A DNA stretch of 64,000 nucleotides from Antedon mediterranea (Eukaryota; Animalia; Echinodermata): the NCBI RefSeq assembly GCF_964355755.1, contig NC_092676.1:28910871-28974870 (forward strand), given 5' to 3'. Below the pieces are notes generated by a model. That model was not told the origin of the DNA, did no database searches, and saw only the letters and a program-made list of their open reading frames with translations. Positions 10,893 through 23,315 of this stretch are shown in pieces (the first letter of the stretch is position 1; each line of letters opens with the position of its first letter). The position numbers and the translations under genes are program-made.

Positions 10893-13800
10893 CTAATCTT
10901 CGTCCATATTACCGTTTTGATCGTTAAAAGCCTCAGCGCCATACGACGCATCCTGATCGTCGGTTACAGGTTCACTTTTAATGTTTGTTTGTTCAAAACC
11001 TTCTTCAAATGTTTCTTCTTGTTCCTCACGATCTCCTCGGTCTCTCTCTCTATCGCGGTCTCTGTCTCGATCACGCTCTCTGCGTTCACCTCGGTCCCTG
11101 TCACGATCACCACGATCTTTATCCCTGCGTCGTTCTCTGTCCTTATCACGATCACCACGATCACGTTCCCTATCACGATCCTTACGTCTATCCCGATCGC
11201 GATCTCTGTCTCTACGTCTTTCACGGTCTCTGTCACCACGATCTCTACTTCTGCTTCGGCTTTTGCGACGTTCACGTTCTCTGTCTCCGCGATCTCGTTC
11301 ACCACGCTCTCTGTCACCTCGATCGCGATCACCACCGCGATCTCTTTCGCCCCTATCTCTTTCGCCCCTATCACGTTCTCCACGATCCCTTCTTGTATCT
11401 CTCACATCTCTCTCCCTATCTTCGTCCCTAAAGATTAAAAAAAAACTTAAATTAATATTTGTTATCACAATTATATTCACACTTTTAATTTAAGCCGTTT
11501 AAATGAACATCCAGTAAAGACAATTTAACGTGTGTAATGTACAGTATGTTATTTTGTTAAAAACATTACAGTAAACAAGACCCCTGCGGGTACCAAGGTT
11601 TCCATCTATGAAACTTTTCAGAACTATACGTCGTGTACAGCAAACTTTATATCAACATCCTTATGAAGTTTAATAATCATGACTGACCTTGCTGCAGCAG
11701 CTGCCTGCGACATCTCCTCACGACCTGAATGTCGAACATTAATCTCTGGCCCTCCCCGTCTTGTTCCTCCAATACCACCACCTGAATTTAGATACAAAGA
11801 ATAAACCTTCAATAACAGTCATCAATGATGTTCACCTGTATATGCATCATTTGAATACATTAAATCTTCTCCAAAGGCACAAGACAGGAAAACAAATTGT
11901 TCTGTCACTAAAGCTCTGTCTATACATCAAACTTTGTGACAAAAAGAATGTGATGTGCACATATATAGACATGTCATATCACTACCATATTTGGGCATAT
12001 CACTACCATATTTGGGCATATCACTACCATATTTGGGCATATCACTACCATATTTGGGAATATCACTACCATATTTGGGCATATCACTACCATATTTTTG
12101 GGCACATCACACTTTTGTCAAACTAGTTTGATAATGTAGACAGAGCTGAAGCACTTGGGTTCACTTCTTTGTATGTACAGTATATAAATGTGACAAAGTA
12201 GGTTTAAATATATATGGAATTTAACTTTTAATCATTATTAAATTAATATAATAATGTTGATTCAGTACATATACCAATAATAAAAATGATAAACACATTA
12301 CCTAATCGTCTCGGAAGCCAACCCTTTACCGTTCGTGATCGTTCTACATCCACAAGAACACGACGCCCATCGATCTTCTTACCATCAGCGTACTTGTAAG
12401 CGGCTGTTTGAAATTATTAAATCACAAAAAAACACAGAATATCAACTAGGGGACAATACTTGGGGGTAACACCACGAGCAGGGTGATAATACCAACCTGT
12501 CTTTACCTGTTAGGATACAAAGTTTTAATAGACGATTCAAACCTCTGTAATTAACCTGTAGTAGAAAGTATTACCACCTCAACTTACATGTTTGTATTCT
12601 CACCCAAACAAATTATTTAATCAAAACTATTTACAAAACAAGGTCATCGGCTGTTACTGTTAAATATAATAATCAGATACTAACCTAAAATGATTTTGTT
12701 TTACTTTAAAAATTGGAAAATAGTTACATAGTTTACAAAACTTTCATGTAGAAGCGACCATTTACTGACACTATCACATTTTAAATGGAACAATAGGTAA
12801 AATGGCTGAATGATTAAAAGAAAGAAATATGCCACAAGCACCTGATAAATCTTAAAATGGCCTCAAATTTGAAATATATCAAAATTATACTGAAATACAT
12901 ATTGTAAATGCTATATAAAGATAATGTTGTAGTTATGTGCTACTAGTACTAGCACCACAGCTCATGGATTAGTTATTTTTTGTTAAGCAAATAGTTTAAC
13001 AGCCGTACAGCTAAATATTGTATAACATACTATCCTGAAACAAAAGTGCTGTGTTTATTTAAGACATGGTTTCTTAACTCAGTAGTAGCATCAATTTTAA
13101 ATAGTAGGCATTTGTTTTGATTACAGAAGAATTCATAGAGATAGTAAAACTATTTGATCTAAACTAGAACAACATTGACTAACTAACTGCTGTAACTCTT
13201 AAGAAAAAATAAAAAAAAAAAAAAAATAACTTTCTAATGGCCCTAAAAAAGAAAAACAATGGTACAAAGAATGCAGTTAATTTGTATGAAAGACAGAAGG
13301 GAAATGGCAGTTTAGGAATGATTGTCCAAAATAACCCCACCTAGAATCTATTATGGTACAAATAAAAGGGTTATACAAAACAAGGGCTCTATGTTCAATT
13401 GTATTCTTATTGTTCTACACATTTCCTTACCAAATAATAGATACACCCAAAATAATACCACCTGAACAACTTACACCCATTGTCTATCACAAAATTCCCC
13501 ATTCACATCACCTGGTCAGGTTCTGGTAGAACGTTGATAGTCCGTGGATAATTTTGAAATGCCCAAAAAACGCACTTACCAAAATGCACTTTATTGTCCC
13601 GATTTAAACTTACCAAAAATTTCAAGTGCATTTTTATTTTATTGCATTAAACAAATTTCACAAAATATATCAAAACAAACGTTACCAAGAACAATGTAGT
13701 GATGATATTTTTAATATCTTAAATGTATTTTTTTTAATTATGTTTAATATTATATTAATTTCATTTGTAATATTTAGATATTTAATGTTTATGCTTGTAG

Positions 13801-16800
13801 ACTTTTAGCATGCATTGCAAGGAATCATTAATGTTATAAATGTTTTTTAAATCAAATTCCAAGATTAACATTTATTTTATTTCTAAATTTTCAACTTACA
13901 GTATAAACAATGTGGTTAAATAACTAACAAATATTTTATTATAATTATTTAAACTTTAGAACATTTTTTTGGACGGAAAATCTTATTATTTTTATGTTTT
14001 ATTATTTATTTTTTTAAAAAAGCTATTTATTAATCCTATTTTATTATTTATGTCAATATATATTTATATTTGACGTAGACACATCCTTACCACGTTCTTA
14101 CCAAATGACCTTCCTTAATACAAACCTAACTCAAACATGGTTCTTAATCGCACATGAGGGCGAGGGAAGAGCGTGTGACACGCAACAAAGCCGTTACGTG
14201 AAGCAGGGCGCACACACGTTAGGCTATGAAAGTAACAAAAATAGTGCCATGTCAGTCTCAATTACAAAACTCCCTAATTTAATTTAATTTTCTAATAAAT
14301 TTCCTAAAATAAAAATTCAAAGTCAATAACAGTAGGCCAAAAAGATTTAAATCAAATACTCTTGTCACACTTACCAATCTAAACTATTTTCTTTCAAGCC
14401 TGCATTTACATATAAATGTTATATAGAAATATAATATTTTACAGTAATTTTACATCATTCATAGTGTAAATCATTGTCTAAATTGTACTTTGCTAAAAGG
14501 AACTCCTTTCCTTATTGTGGTCATATTAAAACTATGATGCGGAAAGATTTTTAAGTATTCTAAACAATTTTTAGATTAGAAGGGTGTCCCAAATACAGAC
14601 ATTTTGTTGTGAACATTTTCTTAGAAGAAACAATGTTGGCAATATTACACATTTTAAATCAGGTATGTTTAACATATAGCATACTGTACTACAGGAATAT
14701 AACCCCATGTTTTTGCCCTAGTATTCTATTGTTGACCCTTTTGGGAATTATTTACGCACAAACTCTAATCCAGTTTAATTTAGGAAAGTTATTTTATTAT
14801 CTAAAACACACAGGTAGTAGGTACCCCGCCTAATCCAATTAAACTAACTTTTTAGCTAACAGGTAACACACGTAATTATCAAGTAAAGCAATCAACAACA
14901 GTAAATGATAATACAAAGTTAAGTTGATGTGCTGATACTCACTGTGCATGTCTCTTTCGTGTTCATACTCAATAAATGCATACCCTCGCGGTTTGCCAGT
15001 CTTCTTATCATGGACTAAGTTAATCTAGACGCAAAAAACAAAGACAATTGTACTAAACCAACCAACACTATAGCATGAAAACCATTAATGCTTCTGTACC
15101 TCTCTTGACCAGAACATATTCTTCTTTGATTCATATGGGCTGTATTTTAATGGGTGGTCAGACCAGTGCTTTTTTAGTGCGGTTTTAAATTGGTTTAGTG
15201 AGATTCAACCACAGTTGAGTTCCAGCAATTTATAGTTCTTATAGAGAACATATTCTGTCTCGTTTTCAATGTACAGGTCTTATGAAAATGACAAATTGCA
15301 CTCAAAACATTCAGGTGTACTGTTGTAATTCACACCAAGGACATTTTAGGTGTTAGGTGAGTGATCTCACTGCCACGCCTTAAAAGACAATGCTTGAATT
15401 TAAACAAGACTAAACTAAATCAAGAATAAATGAACCTATAGAGTAGGTTTGTAAACTTTTAAGCACAAAATAAGATCAGACAAGCAAAATTAACGTACCA
15501 TTTTAATCGGGCCATATGTTTCAAACTCTCGTCTCAATTTCGATTCAGATGTATCGAAGTTCTACAAAAAAAGGACAATTTTGTAAAACAAATTATTCTT
15601 AAAATAAATTTAGATATACCAACTGGAATTTTGTATGTTGAAAACATAAACTTACAATTCTTGCTACAAATAAGGTCTTGAATGCATCACTTGTGGAACT
15701 CATGTTGTTATGAGGATCCCCTGTGTAAATAAGATACAAATTATTAATCATATTAAAATTTAGGCAAAAGAGTCATTCTGTTTCAACAGTAGTTTAGTTT
15801 ACTTCCACCAAGGAGGTAGGCCTACAGAATATGTAGTTGTCTTTTTATTACGCTGTGTGTGTACCGGAGATGGAGATGAACTTTGATTTTGAATAACATT
15901 TCACTCAAAATCAACAACCAATCAGGTAATTGCTGTGCCTGGTGTTTACTACGTACAGTCACATGATGAAGTGAAATTTACGTGAAAAATCCAGGAATTA
16001 AAATAAAAATATCTATAAAAGAATTATTTCTAATGACAAGCAATAATGTGTAAGACTGCTGTATATACAGTCGACTCCGCCTAAGTCGAATCTAATGGGA
16101 CCGGTATAAAAATTCGAGTTACGCGATCTTCGACTTACAGATTTCCCAAAAAAAATGCTAGGCCTAGGCTCACTCACTAGCTGCGCTATGGCTAGGCCTA
16201 GTAGTGGACCCTGTCCTGTCGCGGCCCACGTGATGAGCCTTCTTGAATTGAATTTGCTTAGCTAGCTAGCTAGGCCTAATAAATGCTAAGCCTCTTTATC
16301 GACAATGATAAACTGTATTTTTCCGAAACAATACAAAAACGTATAATAAATACATTTCGGTTCTTATTCGAAATCGGTATCTCATTGTTTATTGCCATCT
16401 GTCTAGGACAAAATAGGTACCTACAAAACGCCGCTCAAGTTCTCAACTCTGAAACAACTCGTACACTATACACTAGCGCGAGTTGTGGGACGCCGCCTAT
16501 ACTATACAACCTGCTTGAGAGAACCGATATGGTCCCACATTTTCCCCTCTGTTGTTTGTTTATCGAATTACGTACGTTTCATCGGCTTTTTTAACGCGTT
16601 GTTGCCGCGTAATTTGTGACTTCGACTTATAAGATATAAATCACTAAAGAATGTGTGTATTCGGACCGCAAAAAGACGTCGACTTAGACGAATTTCGACT
16701 TAGAAAAATTCGACTTAGAAATAAAAATTACACAGTAATGTATAGGAAAGAATTGGGACTTTCCTAAAAATTCGACTTTCGCGATTTTTCGACTTACGCG

Positions 16801-18548
16801 AATTCGACTTAGGCGGAGTCGACTGTACTATCAAGAGATGTGCTGGGAGATTGTGTGTTTGAAGGTTCGAGGCTAAGTCAGGGAAAATTTTCATTTAAAA
16901 ATTTTGTTTAGCAATATTGCTAATCAAACTGATTTTTAAGTCGAGAAACATAGTTTTGTATAGTATTTTTTGCTACACAATTTTCAAAATGTGTAGCAAT
17001 AAGGTTGTTTTGTATAGCTTTTTGCTATGCTACACTGGCGAAAATGTTCCCTGTAAGTAAAATTTAGAAAAAATTATTTGAGAGATTTTAAAATTAAGAT
17101 GCGTACATGCTTCAATTTCTCCCTGTATTTTCATGAGTGTTTGGTCTTCTCGTTCTTTAGCTTTCCGCATAATCTTCTCCTCCCTCGTTTCTCCTCTTGT
17201 TGGTGGGGGCGTCTCCTCTGGATCCTGAAATATACAAACAATTTAGGAATTGTGCATCTCAAGGCCTAGGCTACTTATCTTATATTGATAAATGCACTCT
17301 TTTAAAAAAAAATTAATTAGCCTAACTAGTTAATTAAGCTAGTTAGGCCTAGGGTAGATGTACCAGACCTCGGCAATGTGCCAAACCTCGGCAGGTTGTA
17401 TTTATATTAGTTATAATTAATTAAATAATTGATATTTTTTGTTTATCTTAACGTATAATATACTTTATTTATAGGTGGTAAATATAAACCACCGATCGTT
17501 TACTAGACACCAGCGAAACATGTCTGCCAGTAGCCATAAAAACTGAAACCTGAAAACCGGAAGTGACATTTCAGCAAAATAGACCAATGAGCTAACACGT
17601 GACTGTTCCATTTAAAGTTCTAGGGCATGAAAAATTACACACGAGGGACACGTCTGGGATTGAAATAGGCTCCTACTGTAGTGTAGCAACATTCCAGAAT
17701 ATTCCATTTTCAAACCAATGAAAAAATATAGGGTTTATGAGGGGTGTTAAGATGTTTGGTTGATAATTAATGATATGTGCCAGACTTCGGCACCTAACGG
17801 AAATAACTAATTAAATTAAATTATTTGCAATGTTGTTTATTAAATTTTATTCAAAATATAATTGTTGGTAAAATAAATTTAATATTGCTGTTTTTTGACT
17901 CATTTATTTGACATCTGGCTATGGCTAGGCCTAGCCTAGCTAGGCCTGCTATTTCATCGACGATCGATTGCGCAATCGCTCGCGCGTAATTCCAGGGCTT
18001 GCTTGGGCAGCGTATGCCGAGGATTGGCAGACACATGCCGAGGTTTGGTAAATAAATAAAAAACACATTTTTTATTATTGTTTGTTAATTATAAATATTT
18101 ATTTGATAATTCACACTGTATTTACTACTTATATAAATACTAAAAACTTTACCAAAAAATATTTTGTGATGCTTTTAAAAAATACACGTAAATAACGAAT
18201 TTCCCTGTAACCTGCCGAGGTCTGGTACATCTACCCTATATATAGGCCTAAACTTGTTTAAAATAAAAACCAAATTAGCACGTATAATAATCCATTATTA
18301 GTATTTAATAATTAATAAATAGGCCTACTAACTAATTCACAGGTTACTAAGGCTAACTCTAAAATATCACGTATTACTAATAGGCTAGGCCTAGCCCTTA
18401 CCTCAAAAAGCCCGTTAACGAGGTCGGCCATTCCTGTGTAGCCAGATGTCTTCTTTTCATGGCGGAGCTTCACAACAGGCTGAATATACGGAATGGGGTC
18501 GCGGGGAGCAAACAACGCCAACAAATTCGGCGGTAAATACTGAGTCAT
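10893..18548 (-). CDS. SNRNP70: U1 small nuclear ribonucleoprotein 70 kDa
   Basis: Exons 18548-18402, 17224-17107, 15720-15656, 15561-15499, 15024-14943, 12403-12302, 11781-11688, 11427-10893 join in frame: [21 protein letters not shown]...[30 protein letters not shown]...[55 protein letters not shown], then an RD/RE/RS-rich tail. Confidence 0.98.
11912..12147. mobile_element. MITE family 1 copy with an internal 21-bp tandem expansion
   Basis: agctctgtcta...tagacagagct ends. catatcactaccatatttggg repeated about 6 times, producing the spurious YHYHIWA ORF. Confidence 0.85.
14091..14223 (-). other. Candidate poison (PTC-containing) cassette exon of SNRNP70
   Basis: Acceptor tttttgttactttcatag ends at 14224. 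After exon 5 (CAC A|) it reads CC TAA, an immediate stop. Two tandem donors follow: TTG|gtaaga (14102) and GTG|gtaagg (14091). GC-richer than the surrounding intron. Confidence 0.7.
16068..16825. mobile_element. Non-autonomous pogo/Tigger-like element
   Basis: Perfect TIR CAGTCGACTCCGCCTAAGTCGAAT, TA on both sides, repeated ttcgactta subterminal motifs, no transposase ORF. Confidence 0.9.
17352..18236. mobile_element. Non-autonomous TA-target DNA transposon with GGG...CCC termini
   Basis: Perfect 24-bp TIR GGGTAGATGTACCAGACCTCGGCA flanked by TA/TA. Internal ctcggca/tgccgag repeats. Confidence 0.9.
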
Positions 18549-18719
18549 TTTGACGAATTGATAATCAAAACTTCAAAAATATGACTCTCAAAATTCCATA
18601 GGAAATATTTGTTGAGTAAACTTGCATAAAAAGTACTTATTTTCGGGCAAAAATCAATATAAACTGTTCTCCTTTGTGCACAAACCCACTTCCACTTCTT
18701 GATCCACCACACACGCGTC

Positions 18720-18740
18720 GTTCATTAAAATGGCGTCATT
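18720..18740 (-). promoter_or_regulatory. YY1-type motif (CGCCATTTT on minus) near the SNRNP70 5' end
   Basis: aaaatggcg at 18727-18735, about 180 bp upstream of the ATG, typical of housekeeping TSS regions. Confidence 0.4.
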
Positions 18741-19356
18741 AACTACTGCCACCAACGATGGTTTTAATAATGTGTGTGGCGCAAGAAATACTTGTTAGAC
18801 AGTGGGGAAGTTTTTACAGCGGTATAGTATTAGAAGACCCGAAACCGCGATTTTTAATGAATTATCTGTGATGAAAATGACAATATTTATACACTTTAAT
18901 CAGAAACAATTAATGCACGTATAATAGGCCTACAGGTCATTATCATAATCCATTCCAAATGATCTTACAGTCAAAACCACAGTTGTAGTCGAAAATGAAG
19001 TAATTAGAACAGAGTAATGTATTCACATTATTTAATACATTATAACAGTTTTCTGTGTATAGGCCTATTCTCCTTAAAAAAAACTAAAAGTATCATGGCC
19101 CATCATGATTCCCACTGTCTATGGACGCAACGGCAAATGACCAATGACCATCGTGTGATTGATCATTTGCCAAGTACGTTCTTTATGATGAGAGAACAGC
19201 TTAACACTATTTCACCTGACAAAACCTTAATAATTATAAAACATAAAATCCGTGTATACAAAATTGATGGTGACGACGATATGATGCGACATTTACGATA
19301 AATGTATAGGTCTGGCGATTAAATACGGGAATAATATCGTGATTATGTTTCTTCCA

Positions 19357-22300
19357 TCAAATACGTTGTAACGTAACTTTTGCACTCAACAAACACCACT
19401 CAACCGTTAGAAGAACCGTTGAAATATAACCGAGTACCTGGAAAAAATAAAACAATGTTACAAGGCCTAGAATGTTAGAAAACACATAATAAAAACCCGT
19501 TGTTTAGGCGGAATTGCAGGATGCTATAAAAACCAGATTGAGAAACTTGTGGAGCGATTTCTAGGTTTAAATTATTAGAGAACGCATTGTAAGACTCTAC
19601 TCACACAGGCGGCAGTCTGCTGGTATTGTAAACCCAATGCTTTATTTAAATCATTATTTTCCTTTATTTTGGACGCTAGTAAACATGAACCAACCAAAAC
19701 TAGGATAGCAATCTGAATACAAAAAGCAAGCTCCTGTAACGACAAACAAGTAGGCCTATTTTAATGTTCCTGTTCGTAATCTTCGTAGTAAACCCTTTCT
19801 TCATGTTAAATTTTCTCGTGTCAATGTTTGTAAAAATGGTATTTTCTGTAGACTCTCGTCATTGTACAATTCTTGTCTTTTAAAAAATAATTCTTTAGAT
19901 ATTTTTAACTGTAATTTTTCTCAATTTAAATGTATTATTAATGAAATTATTTAAATTTTCTTTTTCATTTGTATATATTTATATTGGCTCATATTTTATT
20001 GTTTAGTTTTTATTTTCAACCTGTTATTGGTGTTTTACACTGTTGGTTTGATATAAAGAATAAATAAAATAAATATTTGTTATTATTATTATTTCATAAA
20101 ATTTTTAATTTAATCAAATAATATAAATTTAATAATTTTGAAATGCGTCAAGTTACATACTATGATAGGACTTATCCAGTCTGGCTTGATAAGGTGAACA
20201 ACCACAACAACCAGTCTCAGCATTGCTACAGTGATTGCAATCACGGTATATAAATAACACTTCCAAAAAAAACGATAATGGCAAAAATAGGCGTCGACAT
20301 TTTCAATACATTCGACTATTATATCAAGCAAAAGACCGAATCCAATGATCAGTAAAATCTGTAAAGAAGAGGCATTTCGTCATTAGTATTTTACCACACA
20401 TAATAAAGGGTCTTTCACACAGCTGTGCCAGCACGATTCCGGTGGTACGGCGAATCGAGCGCCAAAGTTTTGTTCTCTCGACGCTCCACGCGGCTATGCG
20501 CCAATCGATATGCGCCCGTAGCCGCACGTAAACACGAAACATTGACGTTCGATTGGATTTGCCGGCGCCGGACCGAAACCGTGCCGGAACAGTTGTGAAA
20601 GACCCTTAAGTTCGGTCTACACTATCAAAGTTTATGTGACAAAAAAAGTGTGATGTATTATATTCATTCTTTTTAAATGGCCTCTGTGCGTTTTGTTACT
20701 TTCCTTTATAGTAGCTGTTCTAGATTCAAGATTCTTTATGTTCATAGACTGAAAATTAGACTTTCCCTTGGCAATAGACCTATATTATAAAATTTAAACA
20801 TCAAAACCCAACATTTCAAAACACAAGACAAGTTTAGTTTCGTTTTAAATTATTATAAAATAATACAATATAGATGACTATTTCATGGTTAAGAAGCATG
20901 AATCTTGTCCCCTGAAAACAATAATTATTTTAAATGTTTTTGTTGAATATGCTATTTTAATGTCACATAATAGTAATTATCCACTTTGATCCAAAAATTG
21001 GATCGAAAAAATGTTTATTTACCTGAAAAAACTGTAATTTAAAGCAAAAATAGTCAAATTGGCTGCCAGCCAATGGATTTTTGGTTGAATGTAACCATAT
21101 TTTATTTTGTCCTTTTACAAGTGAAATATTTTTTTTTCTACAGAAGTGATTAACTTCATTAAAACTACAAAATAACCTATTTAAAGTCTGTTTAATCTTC
21201 ATTTTTCCTGTTTTTTTGGGGACAATACCATCTTTCAAGTCAAATCAAAACTGAAACAATCTGAAACAATTTATTATTATTATTTTATTATATAAACATC
21301 GGAAAATTCTACCCGTTGATACTGAATATTAAAATTTGTTATTATATTATAAAAATTCGTTTGATATTCAGTCAATGAAATTTTAATGCAAATAATAAAA
21401 AGAAATTAAGTTTTAAAGACTTTTTATTTTAACCAATGTTAGTAGGCCTATGTGAAGCACCGTTGATTAAGAGATTTTCATAGAAATGGGCTCTATTATA
21501 AAGCGTGGTTCCTTCAGAGACGCAACGTAACGCAACCTACGCAGCGTAAGAAAATGCCTTTCCGATAAATTGTGTTTTCCCCCACCTGCGTGAAATCAAA
21601 TCTACGATGTTTACAGCACTGATACTTCGTCGGTTCCCACTTGTGAATACGCAATACAGCACTTTGCGTCAAAACGTCGCTGCGTTGGGTCACTAGTGGG
21701 AACCACGCTTTAATGTTAATTCTTGTATGCATAATGCATGTGTAATTTCAGCATTCCATTTATTTTTCGTTGTATAAGAATCATATTGGCTGTAAAGCAT
21801 GGTTCCCACTAGAACGCAACGCAGCGACGTATCGACGCAAAGTGCTGTATTGCGTAAAGCGTGGTTCCCACTAGAACGTAACGCAGCGACGTATCGACGC
21901 AAAGTGCTGTATTGCGTAAAGCGTGGTTCCCACTAGAACGTAACGCAGCGATTTATCGACGCAAAGTGCTGTATTGCGTAATCACAAGTGGGAACCGACG
22001 ACGCAACAGTGCTGCAAACATCGTAGGTTTGATTTCACGCAGGCGGGGGCAAACACAATGAGTGGAAGGGAATTTTCTTACGTTGCGTAGATTGCGTTAC
22101 GTTGCGTCGCTAGTGAGAACCAAGCTTTAATATCGCAGGTTTGATTTCACGCAGGCGAGGGCAAACACAATGATTGGAAGGGCATTTACGTTGCGTAGAT
22201 TGCGTTACATTGCGTCGCTAGTGGGAACCAAGCTTTAGTGTAATTTTCTTCCAAAATTCATTTTTCAAATAGAGGCTTGATGTAATATGAACAAATTGTA

Positions 22301-22379
22301 AGACTGGATGATTATATTTACTCACGGCTTCAATGATCTTGAGTATACCATTCGGCGTTGCTAAATATTTATACTCCAT
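19357..22379 (-). CDS. MARVEL-domain 4-TM protein, copy A, ~153 aa
   Basis: Exons 22379-22326 (MEYKYLATPNGILKIIEA), 20358-20161, 19733-19605, 19437-19357 (VLGYISTVLLTVEW...TGA). All phase 0, GT-AG, no internal stop. Confidence 0.88.
20407..20606. mobile_element. PIF/Harbinger-like MITE
   Basis: TIR AGGGTCTTTCACA, TAA duplicated on both sides, GC-rich 200-bp body. Confidence 0.85.
21502..22236. mobile_element. Cluster of PIF/Harbinger-like MITE family 2 (TIR AGCGTGGTTCCCACTAG)
   Basis: Copies at 21502-21709 and 21795-22236, the second with a ~63-bp internal triplication. Family recurs at 24061-24290, 25049-25297, 31782-31966, 32019-34060. Confidence 0.85.
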
Positions 22380-22474
22380 TATGTGATCGTCTGAAATAAG
22401 ATATTTTAAAGATATTATTATCAATTTTTCTTTTTTCCTTCGCAGCCTACGATATCTATTTCCTTTCCTAATTG

Positions 22475-23208
22475 AACAAGGCCAACAGCCATTAAGTCGC
22501 GTGCTACAATGCATAGTGATACCGGACCGACAGACAGACCGACAGACCGACCGACAGACCGACAGACCGACAGACAGACAGACCGACCGACCGACATAGT
22601 GAACTATACTGACCGAAATTACTGAACATGTTTAAAAATGTTGAAATGTTTAAAAACATTTATATTTTTTTAATTTACACGTGTGTAGCCTGTCACTTTT
22701 GACGTGCTCGTATAACGTAATTTCGAGTTGAAAAGTAAGTCAAGAAAACAGAAATCTGGCAAAAAGAGTGCGCAATAACATTTAACGCGCAGTGCGCGCG
22801 CAAAAATATGCGCACTCATGGCAATTTTGTAAACGCTTAAAATTGCCTGAAACGTACTCTTATTTCATCGAAAATAAATTTTGAAAATTTTAAGCGCGCG
22901 TACGCATGCGTTACATGCGCTACGCACGTAATTGTATTGCCATATGATGATTTATGCCCTGAAATTTATGAGTACCAAATTTTATTTAATTGTGATTCAT
23001 GGTTGTGAAGATATGATTACAAACGTGATTTCGTTAAATCATGCGTAGACCACGTAATTTTTTATTGGGCACCGTGAAAACTTAACCACATTGATTCCTG
23101 GCCATACGGAATATACTGTGAAAAATTGACCTAGCTAGATTAAACTGATATCAAGATAAGTTCTGAAAGCGATAAAACGCATAGTGATACCGGACCGACA
23201 GACAGACC

Positions 23209-23263
<55 letters not shown>

Positions 23264-23315
23264 CGACCAACCGACCGACATAGTGAACTATAGAGTCGCT
23301 TCCACGCGACTAAAA
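22475..23315 (-). mobile_element. Helentron-associated element (HINE/DINE-1-like)
   Basis: On minus: T-run then tagtcgcgtggaagcgactctatag, (GTCY)n microsatellite, 3' subterminal IR cacgcgact, short hairpin ggctgttggcc, then ttgtt. Confidence 0.8.

Noticed and set aside
10770-11493. Four overlapping ORFs including an RS-rich plus-strand one
   Set aside because: Shadow frames of the low-complexity RD/RE tail exon of SNRNP70.
16283-16594. 103-aa ORF inside the pogo-like element as a possible transposase
   Set aside because: No HTH or DDE-like motifs; the element appears non-autonomous.
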